Positions 55,411 to 64,000 of a stretch of DNA of 64,000 bases are shown piece after piece. Every line of letters begins with the position of its first letter. Position 1 is the first letter of the stretch. The stretch comes from the human T2T-CHM13v2.0 reference genome, Homo sapiens: assembly GCF_009914755.1 (NCBI RefSeq), contig NC_060934.1; one strand, given 5' to 3'. The position numbers and the translations under genes were made by a program. The notes under the pieces are model-generated. The model saw only the letters and a program-made list of their open reading frames with translations. It was not told the origin of the DNA and searched no databases.

Positions 55411-55961
55411 TTAAGAAAATAACTGACTCATAATTCAACCGTTCATGAAATCAGAAATGAATTATTTTTCTACCTAGACCAAACTGAAGCTGAGACAAAA
55501 ATACGTGCTAAAGATATTTAAATGTAAAATAATATATGCACACTTCCTACTCCTATAACGCTACATATATTTAAAATAGTGAGGATGTTTTTGTAATTTT
55601 TTGATGGCTTTTGCTTTGAATTTTTAGGGCAAAGTAACAAAATCACTTTCATGTTTAAAAAGTGACTCCTGTTCTTTTTCATGCAATTCTACCATATATC
55701 AACATCGTTATCAAATTCAATGGTAATTATATATATTAAGCTAACACAGTATACAGCCCTTGGAACATGCTCAGCAATGCCTGTGAATCCAATGTAAACA
55801 CTTATGTGACCATTAAACATCCTTTCCAACATCTTCACCAAGGAAGTATTTCCAAAGATCAGAAACTCACTACTTCCTACTCATTTCATTTCACTGCTCT
55901 CTGAATCTTAGAGCAATGTATTCGAGTTTCTGGTGAGTAACTTTACTTGCATGACTTAGAG

Positions 55962-56175
55962 GAGTGCTATGCAATAGAACTTCCAGTTATGACATAAATG
56001 TGTGGTAATCTACGCTGTCCAACACAATGATCAACGCGAGGGAAATGTTGCCGTGGAGGACTTGAAGTTTGGCTAGTGAAACTGAGGTCTTAAAGTTTTA
56101 ATTTTATTCGCTTTTAAATCATTTTAAGTTTAAATAACCACATCTGGCAAGGGAATGCCATATTGGAAAGCACAG
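55962..56175 (+). mobile_element. MER3 hAT MITE
   Basis: agtgctatgcaatagaactt...tacgctgtccaa...atattggaaagcacag; 8-bp TSD acttagag/gcctagag. Confidence 0.8.
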
Positions 56176-56384
56176 GCCTAGAGGCTCATCCAATTTAACT
56201 GACTCAAGAAAACTTAACTCATTATCTTCCTTAACAAACCTGCTTCTCCTCTACTTGTATTCCCTATCTCAAGAAATATTACAATCACTATCCAGTTGGC
56301 CACTCCAGAAATCTAGAAAGAAACCACCTCAGAATTACCCTCTGCACCCAGTCAGTCAAGAAGTTCTATAAAACCTAGATTCTG

Positions 56385-56674
56385 TTTTTGTAAAATACAT
56401 ATTTTTTTTATTTCAATGCCTTTGGAGTATGTGGTTTTTGGTTACATGAATGAATTGCATAGTGGTGAAGTCTGACATTTTAGTGCACCTGTCACCTGAG
56501 AATTGTAAGCTACACCCAATATGTATCCCTCAACCCCCTACCCTGTACCTTCTGAATCTCCAGTCTATTATATCACTCTGTATCCCTTTGTGTACCCATA
56601 GCTTAGCTCCCACTTATAAGTGAGAACATATGTATTTGGTTTTCCATTCCTGAGTTACTTCACTGAGAATAATG
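56385..56674 (-). mobile_element. L1PB1-like 3' end
   Basis: ggttacatgaatgaattgcatagtggtgaagtctg...gcttagctcccacttataagtgagaacata; degenerate TSD aaacctagattct/aagactacattct. Confidence 0.85.
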
Positions 56675-56995
56675 TGAAGACTACATTCTAAGTGGTCCTT
56701 TATTTGTTGCCTGACCTCTGCATTTTACTACTCCTGCATTTTTCATGCCTCTTTATTTCTTATCTGATTTTACGTAATTCCATTTTGTCTCCCAGTCACT
56801 TGTCTCATTGGCCTACACTCATGTATTCACATGACTGCCACAGTCAGCTTTTCAAGCATGTCTGACAATGCCACACCACTGCTCTAAACCCTCTGTGCCC
56901 TCCACTGCATTCTGGACATAATCAGGATTCCATTTGATGTTGTGCATCGTCTGGCCCCTTCCTGTCATTCCAGTGCCTTTGTTATTACACAGGTG

Positions 56996-57483
56996 TGTAG
57001 GGGTTCAGTCAGGATGGTGGGAGAAATTGCAAACTAAACAAAAACCTTCTTGGAAGGCTGGAAGGTTTTTGCAAAAGCCTCAGGATAGAGTTATGGCTGA
57101 AGGCAGCTTAATCCTCTTTGAGCTATAACAAGGGTAATTAACATAGGAATGTAGAGGAGTCTATCTAACTAGCTTGTTTACTCATATGGTCCTAAGACTA
57201 ACTTTTGACCATCTGCAGGTACATGATTGCTTTCTACTCAGGGGGGTTGGCAATGGTAATTACCTTCTAGTGGTGTTTACTTGAGACCTTTTGTCATTTA
57301 ATGTGTGCTGAATAAATGCCAGCAGGGCCAGGGAGTCAAGGCCATGGCTGCTAAGCTTTACAGCACTGTCCTTGGAATCTGTAAGTGGCCTGGATGCTCA
57401 GCCAGACTGACAGGCATAATATCTGTGTAAGTGTACGTTATTCATCCACTCTTGGGTCAGGGTCTGTGGGACAGACTCCCACA
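56996..57483 (+). mobile_element. LTR22 solo LTR (HERV-K HML-5 group)
   Basis: tgtaggggttcagtcaggatggtgggag...gggacagactcccaca; 6-bp TSD caggtg/taggtg; aataaa at about 57311. Confidence 0.85.
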
Positions 57484-57599
57484 TAGGTGTACTTTCTCTG
57501 CATCTCTCTGCATTTGCACGAGCTGTCCCCTTACATTATACTAAAAGCTATCTTTTATCTTATTAAGGACATGCTTATAAAGAAAGCAGAGCCCACAGG

Positions 57600-57795
57600 C
57601 AGCAAGAGCAGGTGCTCTGGATCCTGACAGTCTGGTTTGAAAAGTGGAGCTCACCACTCAGTCTCCCTAATCTTCCACTTCCTTACCTATAAAAGTGGGA
57701 TAATAAAATCACCTATTCCCCTGGAGTTAATGAGATGATATCTAAAAAACATGTACACTCTGTTTGAGACTAAGTAAACATTCCACAAATGTTTG
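57600..57795 (+). mobile_element. MIR SINE (HERV-H inserted at its 3' end)
   Basis: ttccttacctataaaagtgggataataaaatcacctatt. Confidence 0.65.
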
Positions 57796-57796
57796 C

Positions 57797-58210
57797 TGTC
57801 AGGCCTCTGACCCCAAGCTAAGTCATCATATCTCCTGTGACCTGCAAGTCCAGATAGCCTGAAGCAACTGAAGATCCACAAAAGAAGTAAAAATAGCCTG
57901 AACTGATGACATTCCACCATTGTGATTTGTTCCTGCCCCACCCTAACTGATAGGATATATTATCCCCCATCCTTAAGAAGGTACTTTGTAATATTCTCCC
58001 CCACCCTTAAGAAGGTACTTTGTAACATTCTCCCCGCCCTTGAAAATGTACTTTGTACACCTATTCCAAACCTATAAGAACTAATGATAATCCCATTCCC
58101 CTTTGCTGACTCTCTTTTCAGACTCAGCTGCCTGCACCCAGGTGAAATAAACAGCCTTGTTGCTCACACAAAGCCGGTTTGGTGGTCTCTTCACATGGAC
58201 CCATGTGACA
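57797..58210 (+). promoter_or_regulatory. HERV-H 5' LTR, LTR7B (type II)-like
   Basis: Tandem ccttaagaaggtactttgta repeats; TATA cctataagaa at about 58071; aataaa at about 58146. Confidence 0.85.
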
Positions 58211-58212
58211 TT

Positions 58213-58230
58213 CGGTGCCGTGACTCAGAT
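58213..58230 (+). other. Primer-binding site complementary to tRNA-His
   Basis: cggtgccgtgactcagat vs canonical TGGTGCCGTGACTCGGAT (2 mismatches), just after the 5' LTR. Confidence 0.9.
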
Positions 58231-58676
58231 TGAGGGACCTCCCTTGGGAGATCAATCCCCTGTCCTCCTGTTCTTTGCTCCGTGAGAAAGATCCACCTAC
58301 AACCTCGGGTCTTCCGTCCGGCTTACAGTTTCATTTCGCGATTAGCCCTCCCCCAGCTGCCTAACAATTTCCTCTTGAAGAGGTGGCTGGAGCTAAAGGC
58401 ATAGTCAAGTTTAACGCTCCTTTTTCTTTATCCGACCTCTCCCAAATGAGTTAGTGTTTAGGCTCTTTTTTATCAAATATAAAAACCCAGCCCAGTTCAT
58501 GGCTCATTTGGCAGCAACCCTGAGAAACTTTACAACCCTAGACCCTGAAAGGTAAGAAAGCCATCTTATTCTCAATATGCATTTTATTACTCAATCTGCT
58601 CCCGACATTAAATAAAGCTCCAAAAATTAGATTCCAGCCCGGAAACCCCACAACAGGACTTAACCTCGCCTTCAAG

Positions 58677-59027
58677 GTGTACAATAATAGAGAGGAGTCT
58701 CAATTATTTGCCTCTGCTGTGAGAGAAACCCCAGCCACATCTCCAGCACACAAGAACTTCAAAATGCCTAAGCCACAGCGGTCAGGCATTCCTTCTGGAC
58801 TTCCTCTCCCAGCATCTTGCTTCAAGTGCCTGAAATCTGGCCACTGGACCAAGGAATGTCCGCAGCCTGGGATTCCTCCTAAGCCGAGTCCCGTCTGTGC
58901 AGGACCCCACTGGAAATCGGACTGTCCAACTCACCTGGCAGCCACTCCCAGAGCCCCTGGAACCCTGGCCCAAGGCTCTCTGACTGACTCCTTCCCAGAT
59001 CTTCTCGGCTTAGTGGCTGAAGACTGA
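58677..59027 (+). pseudogene. HERV-H Gag C-terminal/nucleocapsid remnant
   Basis: Intact CX2CX4HX4C knuckle CFKCLKSGHWTKEC and a degenerate second knuckle SPVCAGPHWKSDC; no upstream MA/CA and no ATG start. Confidence 0.85.
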
Positions 59028-59283
59028 TGCTGCCTGGTCATCTCAGAAGCCTCCTGGACCATCACAGATGCTTCGGGTAACTCTTACAGTAGAGGGTAAG
59101 TAGGTCCCCTTCTTAATCAATATGGAGGCTACCAACTCCACATTACCTTCTTTTCAAAGGCCTGTTTCATTTGCCTCCATAACTGTTGTAGGTATTGACG
59201 GCCAGGCTTCTAAACCTCTTAAAACTCTCCTGCTCTGATGCCAACTTGGACAACATTTTTTTTATGCACTCCTTTTTAGTTAT

Positions 59284-59563
59284 CCCCACCTTAACTGAGT
59301 GATTAACCTTGTGAAATTCCTTCTCCTGGCTCAGAAGCTCCCCCACTGAGCACCTTGTGACCCCCGCCCCTGCCTGCAAGAGAAAAATCCCCTTTGACTG
59401 TAATTTTCCACTACCCACCCGAATCCTATAAAACAGCCCCACCCCTATCTCCCTTCACTGACTCATTTTTCGGACTCAGCTTGCCTGCACCCACATGAAA
59501 TAAACAGCCTTGTTGCTCACACAAAGCATGTTTGGTGGTCTCTTCACATGGACGTGCATGACA
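59284..59563 (+). mobile_element. Partial HERV-H 3' LTR, type I-like (LTR7/LTR7C) U3
   Basis: ccttgtgaaattccttctcctggctcagaagctcccccactgagcaccttgtgacccc...cctataaaacagccccacccc. Confidence 0.85.
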
Positions 59564-59618
59564 TTTGCTACTGTGATTAATATTTCTGACTTTTCCACCT
59601 AATAAATTTCTTTTTATA

Positions 59619-60562
59619 TGTCAATGTTCAGATACCAAATTTTGAGTATGTAGAAAAAACTCAAGTGTTTTTCCTCTACTCTCACTCAACACTCAATACA
59701 GAACACTTCTGTGACCCTGATGTCTAGGGGTGTTGCTCACATTTCAAGCAATTCTCCAGCAGATTTTCCAGGAGACATCAGCTGGGTGTCCTTGAGTTCC
59801 ATTTAATTTAGATACCGTCTACCTAGAGATAGCATCAGATCCCAAAGGCTAAGTGCTCAGTCCCAAAAGATGGCCCCTCAGTTCAGATCCTGGTTCCAAG
59901 TCCTGGCCTCCTGAAATTCTGATGAACCAGCTACAAATTTGGGTCCCCACAACCCTTCCTAGGTTAGATTAATTTGCTAGAGTAGCTCACAGAACTCAGG
60001 GAAATATTTTACTTACATTTACCTCTTTATTACAAAAGTTATTTAAAAGGATAAAAAGGAACAGCCAGGTGAATAAATATGTAGGAGGAGGTCTGGAAGG
60101 GTCCTGAGCACAAAAGCTTCTGTCCCCCTGGAGTTGGAGGTGCCAACCTCCAGCCATGCAGATGTGGTTGCCAATCCAGAAGCGCTCTGAATCCCATAGT
60201 TTAGAGATTTTAATGGAGGCTTCATCATGTAGGCATGATTGATTATTAATTTAATTTCCAGCCCCTCTCCAAAGATTGAGGGTTGAGGCTAAATCCATGA
60301 GCTTCTAATCATTGGAGTGGTCTTTCTGGTGCCCGGCTTCCATCCAGGAGCCCACCAAAAGTGGCCTCATTAGAACAAAAGATGCTCCTATCACCCAGGA
60401 AATTACAAAGGTCTTAGAACCTCGGTGCCAAGAATCAGAGTAGAGATCAAATATTAAAACATAAGATCCTATTAGCATTCATGTCCACAAGAGTATTAAG
60501 AACTCTGTGCTAGGGACTGGGGGCAGAGACCAATATGCATATTTTAAAATATTTATTTCACC
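59619..60562 (-). mobile_element. MER21-family solo LTR
   Basis: cagctgggtgtcc...ctacctagagatagcatcagatccca...ggtctggaagggtcctgagcac...gggggcagagaccaata. Confidence 0.8.
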
Positions 60563-61378
60563 TACATTGTCAAGGATATCATTTGAGATAGCCTTCTCCC
60601 TACCACTTCATTTTGCCTTCTGTGCTACGATTTCATAATACACTTGACATGTCATTTTATGGCACTTAAAGTATAAATAGGTAATTGTTAGTTTGCTTAT
60701 ATTCAATTCCCTCTGAAGACTTTAAATACAAAAAGGGTAGGAACTGTGACTCATTCATGTATTAGTCACTTATGCCAGCATCTAATCCACTATAGATATT
60801 CGACAAGTTTGAGCCTTGCATATGAAGTTAGGGAAAGTCAGAGCACAGATTTTCCAGGGATGAGTATACATGTCACCAGATGTAGAAGCTGATCGGTGAT
60901 TGAACTTTCTAGGATTAATGGAGGTTAACTACCCAATCAGATTCTTAGTCAGTGGCTGGAAGGTAATACTCAACCAGCATTCCTTTGATTAAAATGGAGA
61001 GCCTATAACTCAGGCATTGTACCAGGACCCTAAATCTAAATAATCAGGATCCAGCCAGCTTTAGGTTGCACTGGTTTATGACAGTCTCTTCATTAGGATC
61101 TAAACCAAGTCCTCTGCAGAATCCTAATTAGTAGAAAAGCACTAACTCTGAGTTAGTTAGTCCCTGGAATATCTTACCACAAGAAGTCAACATTTTGACA
61201 ACTGTTAAAGGCTACCCTCATCAAAATCAGGTTAAAAATAAGAGTCTCACTTCTGTTGAATCTGTTATCTTTTCTACCTGTTAAAGGGGAACTGAACCCA
61301 TCCCCTCACCAGTTTGTCAACACTCCTATTTCTAGAATGATCACTATTGCCACAATTAAAAAATATGATATTAAAACC

Positions 61379-61826
61379 TATAATTATTAGTTTTATGTAT
61401 AAACCTGGCTAAAGTATAATGCTGAGTTATTTAATCAAACACTACTAATCCAGGTGTTGCTGTGAAGGTATTTGGTAGGCATGGCTAACATTTGCAATTA
61501 TTGATTTTAAGTAAAGGAGATTACTCTTGATAATGTGGGTGGACCTAATCCAAACTAAAAGGCCTTAACAGAAAAAAAAAGTTTCCCAGAGAAGAAAGTT
61601 TGTGCAAAGATGGCAACGTCAGCTCATGCCTGAGTCTACAACCCTATGGACTTTAGACTTGCTAGCCCCAAAATCTCTTGACCTAATTACTTAAAAATCT
61701 CTTCGCCTCTCTCTGTTTCTGTCTGTCTGCTTCTCCCTCTCTTTATATATATAGTATATATAATATATAATTGTTATTATATAATTTTATACTGCTCTGT
61801 TTCTCTAGAGAACGCTGACTGATACA
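61379..61826 (+). mobile_element. MLT2D-like ERVL solo LTR
   Basis: ggtgttgctgtgaaggtattt...gataatgtgggtggacctaatcc...ctgtttctctagagaacgctgactgataca; TSD AAACC. Confidence 0.85.
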
Positions 61827-62140
61827 AAACCTATGTAAGACCATCTCAGGAGTTTAAAGATTAATTTCTATTGTAAAGGCATTTGCTTTCTCCTGTTTTC
61901 TGACTTCTCAGAATCAGATAAACTTATTCATGAATCAGGTAATTCACTGAAGAGCTAATTCTTTAAAATAAGGTTATCTCCCAATATGTCTAGGAGGACT
62001 TATTCAGGAAGACTTATTCAGGAGGATTTATTAGCCCTTCAAGGCTTGTTTTCAGAAAACTTGTTTTGCATTCAGACAACTTTCATCCATCCATTCTAAT
62101 GGCTCAAAATCACCTCAAAAAAACTCGTGCACTTATTTGA

Positions 62141-62511
<371 letters not shown>

Positions 62512-64000
62512 GTGCTCTCAACTCTTAGCTCTACCTCACTTCCCACCATATTTATCCTTCTTAAATCCTTTGCTGAACTATTCTATTTCTGATTTAGTCT
62601 TAATTCCTGAGGACATGGTGATATATAATGCTTCACTTTTGCAAAACTGCACGTAATCCTTTTTATTTCTGTAGATGAATAATTTCACTACTGTTTATGT
62701 AACAGTATACCACCAGGAAGAGCATATTTTTAATGGCCCTTTACACTAAACACAATGAGATGCCTAAGTGAGAAATAAAAATTATTCTACTCTCTCCATT
62801 ATGCTTGCATAAATTAGATAGCTTATTGTATGTGAGTAACAACATACCATCTTATTATAAATAAGAAATGCTTTTTACAAGAGAAAAAGTTGTTATAAGG
62901 TAATCTTAATACGTTTCTATTACTTCAAAGTTTCATTTTTAGGTTTATGTTTGATGACTTTTTATGTAATGACATATTTTACTGTTTTATGTTTATATCC
63001 TTTACGCAATTTTTAAAAATTGAGAATTAATACGCTTTAAGGAAAATGTGAATACAAGTTTAATTTCCCACTTAATGAAAAATACTACCATGCAGAGATG
63101 AGAATCCAAATATACACATATTAGGTTTTCCTTAAATATGTTCAAAGGAGACTTACAATTTTCTGAAGCATGTCTTTCTTCTTCCTATATCTTGTTTATA
63201 AATATAGTACATAATATACTTAGATTCATTCCTTCTTTGTTCCTGTAGCTCCACTACTGATAATTCCTTACATGCCTTTCTGTGCTTGTTCTTACGTGTT
63301 CTTTCCCAATTTGTAAACAAATATGGTTAAAATGCTTGTACTTGCTTCAGATAAAGATATTAAAACCAAAAGAATACCTTCTGTGTCAATAATTATTTTC
63401 TCTTACTTCATAATAAACTATGTTTTATAATTCTGAGGGTAGAATTCTGAAAATTATATTTTTCTTAATTCAGGTAGCTTCCTTTTGGGTTCCAACAAGA
63501 TCAGTATAGGAAGACATCACTCGATTCTTCCATTTACTTGCTATTGCTGGCAATATTAAAAGCCTGTCACCAAGTAATGACCTGTCTCCATGCATCAGTA
63601 GTTTGTTGTATATCTAGCTGAATTTACCACTACTAGGACCAATTTCAGGATGCACATTCAGAGAATAGCATTACCAGTTGGGCAGTGCTATCTCCTCAGT
63701 GGCCCCAGCTCTGTGATGATCCTCTTCCTAGTTTTTGAGTTATCAATATTATTACTGTGGTGACTTTAACTTAAAAGTTGGAATCCCATATCTGTGAAAC
63801 TCTCCTTCAAAGTCTGGAATGTCAGAAACAACTTGGATGTGCATTTTTTGCAAATGTCTGAGCCCTGAATCCTCTGAGTATGTGGGTATTATCTAATAAC
63901 CACAGCCTTTTCTGTTGGTTTCACAGCCTTAAGGGTGGTCAATACCTCTGCAGTTATGGCCTCTGTATTACCTCAGTTTTCCTTTTGATCTTTCAATCCT

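Larger units (their letters stand above)
56180..57560 (+). mobile_element. L2 LINE fragments (host of L1PB and LTR22)
   Basis: aaacctgcttctcctc...ttccctatctca; cagctttcaagcatgtctgacaatgccacaccactgctctaaaccctc. Confidence 0.65.
57797..59563 (+). mobile_element. HERV-H provirus, heavily deleted (5' LTR, PBS-His, gag/pro remnant, partial 3' LTR)
   Basis: tgtcaggcctctga start, tgaca ends, perfect 5-bp TSD TTTGC (57792-57796, 59564-59568). Confidence 0.95.

Noticed and set aside
57955-58060. Roughly 32-bp repeats that might suggest a CRISPR-like array
   Set aside because: They are contiguous tandem repeats with no unique spacers and are the known HERV-H type II U3 repeats. The context is eukaryotic with no cas genes.
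60780-61370. Complex-looking stretch that might be a decayed coding sequence
   Set aside because: No ORF of 60 aa or more and no motif I can recognise; cannot be supported without a homology search.

Overview
Primate (human-like) AT-rich genomic DNA that is intergenic or deep-intronic and dominated by interspersed repeats. I see no credible protein-coding gene, RNA gene or CRISPR-like array. Every notable ORF in the track maps onto Alu, L1, MaLR, MER52 or HERV-H remnants or low-complexity sequence. The window holds 11 Alus, several old L1s (including a ~7.8 kb L1MC that hosts nested insertions), a two-LTR THE1C element, an internally deleted HERV-H provirus, a dozen or so solo LTRs (LTR13, MER52, MER74, MER4A, LTR8, LTR27/28-like, MER39-like, MER50, LTR22, MER21, MLT1/MLT2), DNA-transposon MITEs (MADE1, MER47, MER3), MIR/L2 relics and microsatellites. 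Family names come from my recall of consensus sequences, not from a database search; TSDs, termini and palindromes were read directly. I found no evidence of a new multi-gene system. The most unusual object is the HERV-H at 57797-59563: one perfect TSD, but two LTRs with unrelated U3 blocks and no PPT. Other items worth checking are a candidate ancient L1 3' transduction, a 5'-inverted L1MA, a MADE1 with a non-TA duplication, template-switch footprints, and several well-formed plus-strand non-coding exon signatures.
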